The translations under genes and the position numbers were made by a program. Under the pieces are notes generated by a model, which did not search any database, was not told where the DNA came from, and worked only from the letters and a program-made list of their open reading frames with translations. A DNA stretch of 64,000 bases from Octopus vulgaris. Its lineage: Eukaryota. Shown in pieces: positions 13,577-27,900 of the stretch. The first letter of the stretch is position 1, and the number at the start of each line of letters is the position of its first letter. The stretch is taken from positions 20,522,001 to 20,586,000 of the forward strand of contig OX597827.1 in NCBI GenBank assembly GCA_951406725.2, given 5' to 3'.

Positions 13577-13747
13577 ATCTTCCAGCTCATGAAGCAGGAC
13601 AGTTATGCGAGGTTCCTCAAGTCAGAACTCTACAAGGCTCATTTAATGGCTGAGATGGAGAGCAAGTTACCAACTTCTCGTACTGCAGTCTTTACTGCTG
13701 TTGCTATGCTGCATTCTAAAACGGGCAAAGAGGTTGACAAAAAGAAG
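13577..13747 (+). CDS. RGS12: RGS12-like exon (end of RGS domain)
   Basis: atcag/gtaagt splice sites, phase 0-0; IFQLMKQDSYARFLKSELYK. Confidence 0.95.
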
Positions 13748-14386
13748 GTAAGTTTAATGCCTTTTTGTGTGTGTCGGTGTGTTGTTTCACTACTTGTATC
13801 TTACGAGGCTTAGTAAACCATATACTTTTGCTATCTACTCAGGAACCAAAGTTTTCACACACACAAACAGTTTGGCATTTCTGTTTTGAGGAATGGATAC
13901 AGTTCTTTGGTGCATATAATGTTGCACAAAAAGCTTGCTGGAAGTGGTTTGCTGTTTGCTCAAAGTCTTTTGTTACCAAATACACTCCTTGTCTTTCAGT
14001 TGATTTTGAGAATAATGAAGTAACTTTGCCATTATTAAACTGGGGTTTGAAATTTAGCAGGAAATTTTGATGGAAGTTTTTTAACTTAGATCTCTTAAAG
14101 ATGGGACGCTTGATTCATGGAACCAGGAACTGTCTCAGGTAGGTTGGTATTAAAAGGCTTAGTTGTCTATTGCCTCAGTTCATCTGGCTGTTGATTAGAC
14201 ACCATATCTTCTGAGGATATTACCTGCAAAAAACTGATATCGTATCCAGGGAAATATCTAAAGCAGTAATTTCCAAACCGTGCACCACCGCTGACTGGTC
14301 CACTCCCAGATGTAGTTAACTGCACTGCAAGAATAATAAATTATATTTAAAATGTGTGAAAATCACAAACTGTTTCATTTACTTAA

Positions 14387-14605
14387 CCCTTTAGTGTTCA
14401 GATTATTCTATCAAACATAATACTTATTGATTCACATTGATTTGAATTAATCATGCATTATCTCATATCTTCAAGATCTTGATGGTGTAATTACTTAATG
14501 TAGAATAACATTGTAGGGTAGGTGTGAGAGCCTGGATCTGGTCAGTTTGAACATAAAACAGATTAAGTATTTTGGCCGGATATGGCCGGTTTAAATACTA
14601 AAGGG
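14387..14605. mobile_element. piggyBac-type MITE (second copy)
   Basis: TTAA TSD, CCCTTTAG terminal inverted repeats, similar to 12527-12747. Confidence 0.8.
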
Positions 14606-14665
14606 TTAAATGAAAAAAATGTTATTTTCTGTAATTTAAATTATTTATATTTTCTTTTGTTTCAG

Positions 14666-14723
14666 TCATCAAAAGGCAAAGAGGAAGAGAAGAGGCGCTG
14701 GTCTTTGTTACCATGGAAACAAA
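14666..14723 (+). CDS. RGS12: RGS12-like small exon
   Basis: Strong tttcag acceptor and gttagt donor, phase 0-1; SSKGKEEEKRRWSLLPWKQ resembles the R12-family RRxSLLPW motif. Confidence 0.85.
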
Positions 14724-14938
14724 GTTAGTATTAGTCTTTGATCCAATTTTTTGTTTCTTTTATGGTGTGTATTTGGTGATATCTGACTCAATATATATAT
14801 ATATATGAGATAATGGTGTCAATGAGACCCAAAGGTGTCAGGTTAGGCTGAATAAGTGCTATAGACAGACCATAGTTAAGTTCCAGTTTCAGTAATATTG
14901 CAAATAAAGGGTTCAACGTTGGTTCTATGCCAGCATGT

Positions 14939-15088
14939 GTATATATGAATTTTTTGAGTAATAAGATAAAAAAACCAAGGCTGTGTAGATATTAGAGCAT
15001 TTATAGATAGATATATATATCTATAAATGCTCTAATATCCACACAACCTTGGTTTTTTTTATCTTATTATGCAAAAAATTCATATATA
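14939..15088. repeat. ~150-bp near-perfect palindrome centred on (TA)n
   Basis: ATATGAATTTTTTG..TTAGAGCATTTATAGATA / TATCTATAAATGCTCTAA..CAAAAAATTCATAT. Confidence 0.85.
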
Positions 15089-17237
15089 TATATATGCACA
15101 CACACACAGATGCATGTGCCCACAAATAGATATATTAATCTCTTATAATGGTGATTTCTTACTAAGTCTGTGTGTTTATAGCTGCTAAATTCAATAACTC
15201 CTCTTTGTATGTAATGGGTTTTGTAGTATGAATTATGAAATTGTTGATAATGTGGTTGAGTATACTGAAATTGTTGTTTTATGTGGGTATGATGGTTAAA
15301 TGGTCAATGAAATATATATATATATATATCAAAGCCTCATTATTCTATGCCCATTTCCCACACTAGCAGAGCTTGGATGAATCACATAGTGTCTTGCTAT
15401 TGGTTGCAGTCCTCTGTCTTTTGGTACTCAGGACAACAATAGAGATGACAGTCAGTGTTTGATGGTATGTTTGTCATATTTTTGGAAAAGGACATGGAGA
15501 TGAGACATGATTTTCATAACCTATAACTCAATGACTTTTCTATCCCCGAGCAAAATGGATTTGGCATATGTCATCGTACCACCATGACTAGAGAGGTTGT
15601 CTACAGCAGGATTAACATCTCTTCTAGCCTGTATCAGGTTTTATTCAGAGTTACTGCTTTCTTAGATGGTTTATCTGTAAGCCAGCTATGGAGGTCACAT
15701 GTGTATGGCCGTACATGTATGTAGTTAACATGGTGGAACAACAAAGAAATAATGATATATTAATTACTTATTATTTAATTTCATTCCTTAGCTAATTATT
15801 TTGATAGGGGATAGTTTATGTCTAGAGAGAAGATACCACTTCACCTTTAGATACAAAAGAGATAATGGCATATGAGAGAAAGAGGTGGGGTGGATATGCA
15901 CATCAGATACAATAAATATTAATAATGATGATGATGACGACGACGACAATAATAGTTATTATTATTATTATCATTATATATATTATATGTGCTATGATGC
16001 AGTACCAGGCACTGGCTCTCAGGGTTTCTGAACTTTAACTAATTGGTGGTGTTAACATGTACATGTTTTGTTTGGTATAAAAGATGGGCAACAGCAAATA
16101 TTCTGCTCAATACCACAGATCTGCATGTCATTTGTTTGACCATGACCAGTTGAGCGTGTCCCTTGGTGGTTGACAATGTGTGCATCTTTAATTACGAGCA
16201 GAAGTAGTGGGAGAGCATCATAGCTCTGTGCTGAGAGGAATTCCTTGGGATTTGAAATATGGGTGTTTTTCTCATCATTCTCAAACAACCTTAATTCAAA
16301 GACCTTTTGAGTGGGATGGGCTACTCAAGCTGAAGAAAGATCACTATTCCATGCATATATGATTGCAATGCATGTAACTGGTGTACTCTTATCAGACGGG
16401 TAGTCATGATGGGTATATTGGGCTTCATATAGTTGTACCCCCGTGTCACTTTGATGGCACATGCTGCTCTTTCACTCAATAATAATGATCAAGAAAGTAT
16501 TAGTTCACAAGAACAGGCAGCATGGTACTGGAGGCTATACATGTTGCAAGCCTGATACACATGCTAGACTCCAAGAGTTACAACAAAATCCAAGTTAAAA
16601 GAATGATAACGACCCTTTCAATTAAAGGTAGAAGGCCTGAAATTTTGGGGAAGTGAGCTTTTGTCAATTACATCTACCTGCCAGTGCTCAACTGGTTTTT
16701 CATTTCATTGATCCTGAAAGGATGAAAAGCAAAGTTGACGCTGATGGTATTTGAACTCTGAACATTAAGCCAAAAGAAATGTTGCTAAGCATTTTGTCTG
16801 GCATGCTTACAATTCTGCCAGCTTGCTCTGTTGTTGTTGTTTGTTTGTTTGTTTGTTTGTTGTTGTTGTTTAATAATAATAATAATCCTTTCCACCATAG
16901 GCTTGAAATTTTTGGGTAGAAGGCTAGTTGATTACATCAACCCCAGTTACGGATGAATTATTTATTCTTAAAACCTGATGGTGGTTATACCAATTTCAGG
17001 TAGTTATGCCAATATAAAGTAATTCCAGGGACATCAGTGAAAGACATAAACATTGGTGATGAAATCAATACAAAGGTTCATTCTAGGCATAAAATATACC
17101 TTATAGTATTTTATTCCACTTGAGTTGTTCAGACACCTTTTATCACTCACACCATCAGAAATAAATGTAGGCAACCCTGTAACCTGTAAAAGGTATTGTT
17201 TATCATAAACTGTAAGAGATGAAATAACTCTTTGCAG

Positions 17238-17362
17238 AAACTTCAAAACCAAGTGAGATGCAAAAGTTTCGTAAATTTTCCAAAGATGAATCAAAGAAGA
17301 AACCCTCATTGGCTACAATGGATTTGAGTCTGATGAGGAAAGAAGTTGTACAAGGTCGTGAG
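17238..17362 (+). CDS. RGS12: RGS12-like exon (linker)
   Basis: ttgcag/gtgagt splice sites; phase 1-0 fits both neighbours; TSKPSEMQKFRK..VVQGRE. Confidence 0.8.
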
Positions 17363-18080
17363 GTGAGTCATATTTTCTTTCTTTCTTTTCAGTGGTTCAT
17401 GAATCCTTTTATTGACCATTTACAATTTATCTTAGTCTTTCTTTAAAAATGCTTCCCTAATTTGACTACATTGCAAGTCTAGGACCTAAGAAAGCTCAGT
17501 GATGGCCTGCACTGGGATGCGTTGTTAGAAGAATTAAATAAGATCAGTTACTTTGAGAATTGAAGAATCTAATGTTTTGAACCCCACCCTTTGTTGTGGG
17601 TGGGAGGGTAGGCAAGTAAATGATGAAAAAAACTGAAGTAGACAGAGAGAGAGACATAGAATAAGAGAATTAGAGTTCTTGGGTGTGAGGTGAATCAAGT
17701 GATGGAGGGACGAAGAATCAGCGAAGGGAGACAGAAAAGGGTCAATACTTGAAGCAGGGCAAAACAGGTTTCAAACATGATGCTTTTATATCAAGAATTA
17801 TTTGATTATATTAACAATTAGGGTTTATTGTTTTTTATAGTAATTGTTGGTAATTTTGTATCTATTTATCAATCATTCTCTCCATTAGCTACACACACTA
17901 TTCATTATGTTGCTGTATAATTATATTGTTAGCCATTTAATGTCCTTTGATGTAATGGAAAAAAGTTTCTGACTTTCATACCTTTCCCAAAAGTTTGTTT
18001 TCAAAGAATATGGCTCAAACTGGGGGTTCAACCCAGTTTCCAATATGCTACTTTCAGAAGTATTTTCTTTTATTCTACAG

Positions 18081-18254
18081 TCAGCTTACGGCAATGAAGA
18101 TCTGAGATTTTGTCGCGTTCTTCTTCCTGACAACTCAACAGCCGTGGTCTGTGCCAAATCTGGCCAGTCTATCCATCAGGTGTTGTCACATCTTTTTGAT
18201 AAACGAAATCTGACTCTTGAGTCAACAGAAGTATTTCTCGTGGGATCTGACAAG
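18081..18254 (+). CDS. RGS12: RGS12-like exon (Ras-binding domain 1)
   Basis: ctacag/gtaatg splice sites; FCRVLLPDNSTAVVCAKSGQSIHQVL..VFLVGSDK. Confidence 0.93.
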
Positions 18255-19584
18255 GTAATGTAAACCCTTCTCTTCTTCCTCCTTCTCTTCCTTACTGCAA
18301 CAGTTGTCGTCTATAAAAGGTTCTGATTCTAGTGAGAGGAAGATGGGGCATGTGTAACTCTCCAAGCTAAATAAAAGAATAAGGATGACCGGGGTGGGAA
18401 GACATTTTGTAGGTTCCAAGAATGGAGAGGTAAATTAAGAAGGATTTGACTACCATTTTCTTTTTGTTGTTGTTTAATAGTGGCAGTGGTGGCAGAGTGT
18501 GTGCGATAGTGTAAATGGTCATACTTTGTGGTGCTGTTTGATCTAAATAAAATTCTAGTTGATGTTTAACCCTGGTTAGCTTTGATCCAGCAGACCTATG
18601 ATCAATGATATTCTAGCTATGAACCTCATGTCTTTTCCTCAGCCTTTATGTATCTAGGACTGTATTATTCCACATGTTCTCCATTTTCAAGATAGGGTGA
18701 AATTTGATGGAGAACTGACTGCTACTTTTAGCAGGTTGAGTGACCTTATTGCAGCTCCCTTGTTAGTAAATTGTGGCACAAACAATAGTTAAAGGCAGTG
18801 GTAGTCTTAACTGATCATTTCACATCACCACCTGGCCCTTGGATGCTCTTAAGCAGGGTCTGATCTTTTGCAGCATCCAGGTCCCTGTTTTGAAGACTGA
18901 CCCCTCCTATCAGTTTCAGAAGTGTTGGTTGCTGCTTTCCTTTTACTAAGTCAATATTTAAAAACAACAAAAACCCTGATGTTAATGTATTTATATCAGA
19001 TCTTAACTATTATCAGTTAATGACCCTGCTTTGATGTCTAACTTGATTATTGGTGGACCAATTTCTTACTTCCGTTGTCAAATGATGTCTGTCTCTCTTC
19101 AACATGGCACTAATCCATCTTCTTTGTCTGATAGACATAATAAAAAGAACCTATTTCGTTTAGTTGTTCCAGTAACGATAGATGTTGGTGTACTGCCAAA
19201 GAATGAAGATGCAGGCAATAGATTTGCTGCTTTCAGTTGCCAGTTTTTCTTCTCCAAAATATATCTGCTAAACCCATTGGATATTATTATGCATCATGAG
19301 TCACTTAAAAGTATATTTATTCTTTTCCAAATATTTTGGAATATTTTATGCACACCCCCCTCCTTGTATATTGGTAGTGTTTGTTGTTCTTTGATGGAAT
19401 GGATGTTGAAAATGGTTTTGTTCTTATTATTGCATCATTCTCAAATTTGGAGTGATTTAAAAATTGAAATGAGACTCTTTTTTATGAAATACTTCAGAAA
19501 CAGAAGTTGTTACTGTGTTTTTTTTTAAATTCATATTTTATCATTTTGTCAAAAGATTATAAACAAATATGTTGATATTTGCAG

Positions 19585-19782
19585 CCTTTGGATTTAGCTG
19601 AAGATATGTCGATTCTAGGCTCCAAAGAGGTCCTTGTTGAACGACGAACATTCTTCCGTGTAGAATTGCCAAATCAGAAAATCATTGGAGTCAAAGCAAA
19701 ACCAAATAAACTGATATATGATGTTTTCCGTCCCATTCTTCAGAAATATGGCTATAAAATTGACAACATCAGTCTTCAGATG
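19585..19782 (+). CDS. RGS12: RGS12-like exon (end of RBD1, RBD2)
   Basis: ttgcag/gtgaga splice sites; PLDLAEDMSILGSKEVLVERRTFFRVELPNQKIIGVKAKPNK..RPILQKYG. Confidence 0.95.
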
Positions 19783-20018
19783 GTGAGATGATATTTTCTT
19801 TTATTATTGTTGTCGTTGTTGTTGCTACTGCCAAAGTATACTTTGCCTCTCATCCTTTTGGAATGAATAAAACAAGTACCTGTCGACAGCTAGGGTCATT
19901 GACTGACCCCTTACCCCTGAAATAGCTGGCTTTGTGCCAGAAGCTTAAAACTGTTGTTTTTTTTTTTTTTTTGTTATATTTTCTATTTACGGTGATTCCA
20001 TTTGTGTCCTCATTGCAG

Positions 20019-20109
20019 ACATCTGACCAAGGCTCACTTGATCTACAGATTCCTGTTTCAAGTATCAACGACCAGCAGGTTCTGGTTGTGCCAAAAGAGG
20101 ACCTCCTGG
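20019..20109 (+). CDS. RGS12: RGS12-like exon (end of RBD2)
   Basis: ttgcag/gtttgt splice sites, phase 0-1; SLDLQIPVSSINDQQVLVV. Confidence 0.88.
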
Positions 20110-22079
20110 GTTTGTATTAACACTATAGTCAGCATCATCATCATCAGTACCTATACAACCACTACCACCATCATCATTGACTCCCATTGACCTGTTAAAA
20201 ACAGCAGCCCAATTTCATTGAAATTATACCTTCCCACTTTAAAAAGGGAAGAATACATTGGATAGTGTAATCGTAGATATACTATGCCTAAATAAATGAC
20301 ATGGTCCTAGCTTAACCTTCTTTGACCATAGTTCTGCTGAATCTGGACTGACCTGTAGGCTAAACGTCATCATTGACATATTTTACAATCATGTTGAGGA
20401 TGATAACTGTTACACCTGTAACATAACATTGTTCTTTAAATCTTCTTCCAATCTGCACTGCAAGGTGCCATGACTTCAGACCTGGTCTCATCACTTCCTC
20501 TTCCCAACTTATTAGTCAATCACTAGGATTGTTTTCTCAACTTGGTAATGGTCAGTACCTTTCAGTGCTACCCTGTACATCATCATCATCATCATCATCA
20601 TCTAACGTCCGTTTTCCATGCTAGCATGGGTTGGACGGTTTTGACTGAGGGCTGGCAACCAGATAGCTGCACCAGGCTCCAGTCTTGATCTGGCAGAGTT
20701 TCTACAGCTGGATGCCCTTCCTAACGCCAACCACTCCGAGAGTGTAGTGGGTGCTTTTTACGTGCCATTTGCACGGGGGCCAGTCAGGCGGTACTGGCAA
20801 TGACCTCGCTCGAATCTTTTTACACGTTCTACCCCGTACCTGCATTATTAATAGCCAGTGAAGGTGGCAGGCTGCCAGAATCGTTAGCACACCTGGTAAA
20901 ACGCTGAGCAGCATTTTGCCCACCTTTACAACCTGAATTCAAATTCTGCCGAGAGTGACTTTGTCTTTCATCCTTTCAGGGTCAATGAAATAAGTAACCA
21001 GATAAACCCTGAGGTGGGTGTAATCAATTTATCCCATAACACTTGTGCCAGAATACGAAACCATTCCTGATAGGGACTGAGATTGATAGATGAATGTTGG
21101 TGTGTATCAGCCAGGATTAGAAATAACAGCTAAACGGATGTATATGTGGAATCATGAAGTGACATGGACTAACAAGCAGTCATATAAATATGACAGGATT
21201 GATAAATCACCGGTTCACCTTCACCAAAGTTATGATTCCACTCAGCCCCATGAATATGTATGAGCTGTCACCAATAAAGATCAATACCCAGTCATCTATA
21301 TTTTCAGATCCTTCACTTCCATTTACTCATATCTTCACAGTTCTCTCTTTCACCTCCGCCTCAGTTTTTTTTTTCCCCAGTATGAACTCTGACCTTTCCA
21401 ACTTTGTTCAGTTGATTTACCAATCTTCAGTTTCCAACTCTATTTCTGTTTTCCTCAAGCACGATTTGCCTGACTGCCTGCATAAGACTGTTAACACCCC
21501 CATCCCACCCCACCTACTGATAATATCTTTAACAGATTTAATCCCAACGAAATAGAGAAGCTAAACCCATAATCTTGTATAGAATTAATCCATTCCTGTG
21601 GTCTTTGTTACACAATTGTTTCTCAGACATTCTTTATATTTCCATCAACAATAACAAAACATTTAATGGTACCAGGGAGTGGGGTGGGGGAAGGGGTGAA
21701 ATGGGGGCCATATGCCTATAGTGATGAGCTGGGACTATATGCTTGGAGAGGGAGTCTGGTGGTGGTGGTGATACACTGGGGCCACACAAAAAAATTCTTT
21801 GATCTTTTTTTTATCATTTTAAAGTGGCTGATTTTCTTTGGAAATTTAGATTTGAATTCTTTTATTAATTCTTGGTGCATGTATGTTACGTTTGCATGTA
21901 TTGTGCATGTGCATATATATATGCATGTATGTTATGCATGCTTGTGTGTAGGTATACACATATACAGATATATGACTATATATAGCTGAATGTATATAGT
22001 TATGTATATGTTATGAATGCATGCATGTATGTGTGTGTGTCCCTCTCTATAACATTCACACACATAAAGTCTTGGGTCT

Positions 22080-23940
22080 ATCAATTCATAGAAACCTGTT
22101 TCAGCCACATAAAGAAGTTGAAATGTTAAGTCTGGGTGTTAAAATATTTCGTTAAAAGCTAAGTCCAACAGAATACATTCTGTTAAATGCACTGATTTTA
22201 ATAATTTATGTTTGTATTTTAGTTATTTGAACTCTTCCTTTAAGTACAGAACCGGTTTCTAACCCATCATTGGAAATTTGGATAACAGCAGTGATAATTA
22301 TTACATGTTGAATTTTGATAATGTCTTGAATATTTTTACTGTTCCACTTAGAGATTGTGTCTATAAAATTTGTGTCCATTGGTCTCTTTCTTTGCTTCGA
22401 AGTCTTTGCTTTTCCAGATTATCTCATTTACTAACATAACTGAGTGCATCAATGGTTATTGGTAGAAATGTAAGTTTCAAAGCAGTTGATCCTTAGAGAT
22501 ATTTTCCTTCTGTTGATTTTGAAAGAGACATTTACATCCCCAGGGCATCTAACTTGTTCTTTTCTGGCCCAAGTAACTATTTTGGGCATATTATATTTGC
22601 ACCCGGAAGAGGTTTTGATTGGAATGTTCCATCAATATTCCTTGTGTTGATAGGAATGTACCCCATAGTAGAGATATTGTTGTTTATATTTATCCCAGGG
22701 CAGTGTTTTTTTAAAATAACGAAATTATTTTAGTAAGAACATCATGTCGTAATGGAAGGTGGCATTTTTGGACAGCTGCTTCTTACAAGTGTTATGTCCT
22801 ACACATAAGTGTGACATAATCAACATTTTCAATTGTATTGTGGGAGGGTTAGAACATCATGTACTGTTCATGAGATATTTTGTAGCCATCTCCTGTTATT
22901 TGATTGCTGAAGTGTAGCCTTCAAGATCTGATCTGATGTGATGGTCACAAGCCCAAGAGGGACTACATCTCATGTTAATATTATTTCCGTCTTCGAGTTT
23001 ATATAAAACAGCCTATATAAAACAGAGTTTATATAAAACATGCACAGCCTTTTCTGATAACGCAGAGCGTTTTTCTTCTATGTCTTTTGCTGATGTTATG
23101 ATAGTCCTGTGTTTCTGGGTTCACATGGGAAGACATCAGGAAATGACCATTTCTTGAGGAGTTCACCTCTGACCTGTAGAATGTTATACCTATCACCTCT
23201 GAGCACTTGGTTGATGCCTTTATTTTTGCTGCTATTGGTTAACAGATGTTATCTGATTGGTTTCATACGGCATCCAAAGACTGTCTGCAGTGATCTCAAG
23301 CCCCTTCTTCCTTCTTTTCTTCTGAGATAAACTTTATCACTGTTTTTGTGGTACTTTGTAATTGATGTCAGGATGTTGCAGGTTTTAATGTCTAGGAAGT
23401 GAATTTCCTCTGCAGACCAATTAAGTATCCAAGATATTGGTAGCTGTTCTGGTACTGCAAATGCATTGTGGGATATTGTCTTGTTGTAAGAGGAAGCCTT
23501 TGACTGCTATAACCTAACATTGTAGTCTCAGTATTCTCTGTCTTTCTGGATCCTTCCCCACAGCACCTTTGTGAATACCTAAGTATTTGTCATATTCATT
23601 TTGTGCAGCAGAGGAAATGGGTGGATTATTGATACAAACATTTCGGATTTGAGGTACAGTTTTCCCAGGTTTAGTTGTTAAATAGGAACATTTCTTTAGA
23701 TCCAGTTATTTTTCACTATTATAAATATTTCAAGCATTGATCTTTGGATCATTCACAAACAATTTAGCATAAGATGGCAGTGTTTCTTACAGTGACATCA
23801 TTTTTGTTATGAGTTTTGTAGGCCCAAGGATGTAAATAGAAGGCTTTCTTAAAAGAAAGGGAATTGAATTTAGGGTTGAAACAAACAGATACAAACTGTT
23901 ACATTGGAATATTCTCTTTGAAATATTTATATTAGGAACA
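22080..23940 (-). mobile_element. Highly decayed R4/Dong-like (RLE-type) non-LTR retrotransposon
   Basis: Minus-strand translation fragments YLGI, HNAFAVP, LNWSAEEIHFLDIKT, KVYLRRKEGRRGLRSL and SSCPK..LPLRHD resemble the post-RT and CCHC regions of R4-clade ORFs; flanked by (TG)n. Confidence 0.55.
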
Positions 23941-24436
23941 ATCATGGGTGTGTGTGTGTGTGCATGATGAAAAAATTTCCAGTGCTGTTGCTAATGATGA
24001 TGATGATGATGAGAATGTCAATGAAACACCTGTAGTTACGATTGCCAAAATATATTTAATATTGGCAAATTCAGTAGAATCACAAGACATTTTTTGAATA
24101 ATTTTAAAATCTTACCAGAAAATGGAGGACTTGGAGGAAATTGTTAGAGTCACTTTATGTTAAGTTGTCATCATAAGCATCATCGTCGTCATCATCATGT
24201 CTGATCGAGTAAGTTTTTGGTGTTTGTAAAAGAAACTTTTCGTTATCATTGGTAGTTTTAGTAATTGGTTGTGAGGACCCAAGGTAGTTGGCAGCGAAGG
24301 GTTTGTGTGTAGCCACTCCCACTGATTGATCTCTTTATATTATTTTGTGCTTCCTAATGTTTGTGTATTTATTATTTTGTTGATGTTGTCATGGAAACCT
24401 ATTTAATAACTGACTCGCATGCTTGTTCTCTGTTAG

Positions 24437-24912
24437 AGAGGCCTGGTGCCAAGAGCAGAGCCCAAATGGTTCCTTTGACCCCTGTCACTGTGGCAGTTAA
24501 CTCCTCGGTTCCAGCTGTTGTTCTGCATGCTACTCCTACTACCACTACTACCACATCTCCTACTACTACTACTACTACCACCACCACCACTGCCATTGTC
24601 AGTTCTGCAGCCGACACTGGACGGCATTCAGAGGGGCTAAACAACCATTCTATCTTGTCATCACCACCACCACGACCACCAACACGAACTAATGACTGCC
24701 CTGATGACAACAATGGTGGTGATGGCGACAGTGAGGCTGATACTGTCGTTGCTAGCAACTGGCGGGTGGCACGTCTGTCTCAATCAGCGTCACTTGAAGA
24801 GATAACTAACAAGGTTTTTGAAGACTTAATGTACGGCAAGTCGGCTGGGTGTGCGACACCTCTGTCCACTGCAGTGGCACTGTGTCACCCTCTTGACCCT
24901 AGCCGAGACCAG
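24437..24912 (+). CDS. RGS12: RGS12-like exon (Thr/Pro-rich, contains LEEITNKVFEDL)
   Basis: gttag/gtaggt splice sites, phase 1-0; SLEEITNKVFEDLM resembles the post-RBD helix of invertebrate loco. Confidence 0.85.
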
Positions 24913-25767
24913 GTAGGTGTTGTTGTTCATTAGCCTCCTTCAACCATACTGCACGCCACCGTTATGGTTTGCTCATCCCTTTTGTTGTTGCTGTTGTTGT
25001 TGTCGTCGTCCTGCCTTTTCCTTGTTTGCGCTGTTGCATCACAAAATTCCCTGAAATTATTGCTACACACTTTTGCTTATTTTAATTTTATTTTGTTTTT
25101 ATTTTTTGTTTCGTTTGCTTGTCTTTGTTTCTATCTCCATTCCTCAGTAATGTCATAACACTATAACTTTTACAGGGAGACAAAATGGGTCTAATTGAGG
25201 GAAGCCATCCTGAATATTACTGGCAATTATTTTACTGACTGTAGAAGGAAGAAATCTAAATCAGCCCCAGCTGGAACAACATGTAAAATACTCTCTGGTA
25301 TTTATTTAGTCTGTCACACTGTCATTCCTGTTGCAGTTGTCTGCCCCCACTGATCTTTTCATCAGATTAACAATTTGAACAGGTTTACAAGTGTGAACCC
25401 ATATGACACCTGTTGCTACAACCAGAAGTTGTTCTTAATACCAACAGCAATTTAATCCTTCTTTCCAAAGGAACCTTATTTCTAGTGTAATGTTGAATCC
25501 TGCCAGTGTCCAACTTTGCCTTCCTGGGTCAGTTTAAAATATGTGCTTTTAAAAATCTTACAGTGGCACTGAGAGGTTTGATGTAAGAGTTTTTTGTGGT
25601 GGTAAATTGGGGTCACTAGGGTGGAGATAACCAAGCAGAAAGGGTGTTGGGAAGAGGTCATGGCCAGAGTGATAAAGTTGAAGACAGTGATGTGAGAAAA
25701 TGATATTAAATATCATTGCAGATGGGAGTGAGGGCTAGGAGGGGCAGCAGCTTTAAGAGTGTTTTAT

Positions 25768-26290
25768 ATCATCATCATCATCATCATCTAGCATTCGTTT
25801 TCCATGCTAGCATGAGTTAGAAGGTTTGACTGAAAACTGGCAAGCAGCAGAGCTGCACCAGGTTCCAGTCTGTTTTGGCATGGTTTCTACAGCTGGATGC
25901 TCTTCCTAAGCCAACCACTTTACAGAGTGTATTGGGTGCCTTTTGTGTGTCACTGGCATTGGCCAGGGCTACGATTTCAGCTTGATGTGTCTTCTCAAGC
26001 ACAGCAAATCACCAGAAGTCTCAGTCACTTGTCATCACCTCTGTGAGACTCAGCATCTGAAGACCATATTTCATTACTTCATCCCATATCTTCCTGGGTT
26101 TACCTCTTCTGCAGGTTCCCTCTACAGTTAGAGATCAGCACTTCTTTACACAGCTGTCCTCATCCATACACATCACATGACCATACCAGCAAAGGCTTCT
26201 CTCTTGCACACCACATCTGATGCCTCTTGTGCCCAACTTTTCTCTTAAGGCACTCACACTGTCATACATGCACACTGACATTGCACATCC
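25768..26290 (-). mobile_element. RTE 3' fragment
   Basis: LREKLGTRGIRCGVQERSLCWYGHVMCMDEDSCVKKC plus UTR and (GAT)n tail. Confidence 0.8.
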
Positions 26291-26632
26291 AGTCAAGCAT
26301 ACTAGTTTTACATATAAAATCACCCTCATTTAATGTCCACTTTTACATGCTTGCTTGGGTCAGACAGAAGATTTCCCCATGGCCAGACATGTTCTTCACA
26401 GAAGACAAGAAACAAGCAACATAGCTTATAAGATAGTAATGCTTATTTGCAACCATCAAGACAAAAGGAAACACACACACACACAAACACGTTTGTGTGT
26501 TTATATATACATATGATGGGCTTCTTTTAGTTTCCATCTACTAAATCCACTCACAAGGCTTTATTGGGCCTATGGCTGTAGCAGGAGACAATTGCTCAAG
26601 ATCACATGATTAGAAGCATGCTCCTTGACAAC

Positions 26633-26770
26633 ACAGCTACGCCTCTGCCCAGCCATGCTTTTGCCCAGCTACACCTTTGCGCAGCTACGCTTTTGCCCAG
26701 CTACACCTCTGCCCAGCCATGCCTCTGCTCAGCCACGCCTCTGCTCAGCCATGTCTCTACCTAGCCATGC
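26633..26770. repeat. 16-bp minisatellite (~9 units, CAGCYAYGCYTYTGCC)
   Basis: Directly visible tandem units at the 5' end of a minus-strand SINE. Confidence 0.8.
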
Positions 26771-27900
26771 TATGTTTAAATATGAATATATAGACATATA
26801 TATAAATATGTATGTTTACATAGATATGTAAGCATACATTTGTATAAACATGTATAAATATATGTACCATCATACATAAACACAAATGAGAAGAGAAAAA
26901 AAGTACTATTGGGGTAGTGTGAAATATAGGGGTGGACAGGAATGCATGTCAGTATACGCTTGGGTTGTTGGGTGTTTTTTTTATATTAAATGAAATTATT
27001 AACAGTTACTGAGCAACAGTCAGTTTTACCTTGGGTATCAGGCTACCCCAGATAACAAAAGTTGACCATTTACATCCAATGCTGCACCATGTATGTGGAA
27101 ACACTTAACTCTTAAACATTCCAAGAACCAATTGTAAAGCGGCACCAAAGGTCAAAGATTCAATATAGTTGCTGGACAGGCAACTTGGCATCTTAAAAAA
27201 GGGCAAGAATACATTAGAAAATCCGTGCACAGACAAACTGTGCATAAGGGAAGAAAGAAGAGTGTATGGTTTTTCAATCTTTGATCAGAGCTGACTCGGG
27301 GTTACATAACAACAGTTTACTTGTGTGAATAACAGGAATTTTGTAGAATTGATGAATGACTGAATCTAGAGCAGTGAGTTCAGTCTGTCTTGTGAGGACA
27401 GTTTATTGAGGAATTGGCTTCATCATAGCATTGGTATGATGCTCCAGTATCTCGTTAGAGTGTAGCAGTAATTAATACAAACTGTCTGCTGGTTCAGTGA
27501 GGACCAAACAGACCAAACCATGCTTCACTGCTGTCAGCAATCTTTACAGACAATGTTAGTGGTTGCTACCCCAGTAACCCCAAAAAACGCACCCAAGTGA
27601 CAGCCAACTGCTTAATTTAACATCTAAATTTTGCAATATGAACTCTTGAATCATTAAAACCACATTAACTTTCCAGAAATTTGATGTGATGGTCATATCA
27701 GGAAACAGCCTGCTCGATGACTGTTGGCTTTGAGTTAAAACAACAGTAAGGCCATCCTAGATACGCAACAGACAAGCAAACTGACTCCCTGACACATTCT
27801 TTTGTATGGAATTTCCTCTCTTTATTATATCCTCCCTTTTTGCTTTCTGTTCTTGCCCCTCCTCTCTCAATCCCTTAATCTCTCTCTATCTCATCAACAG

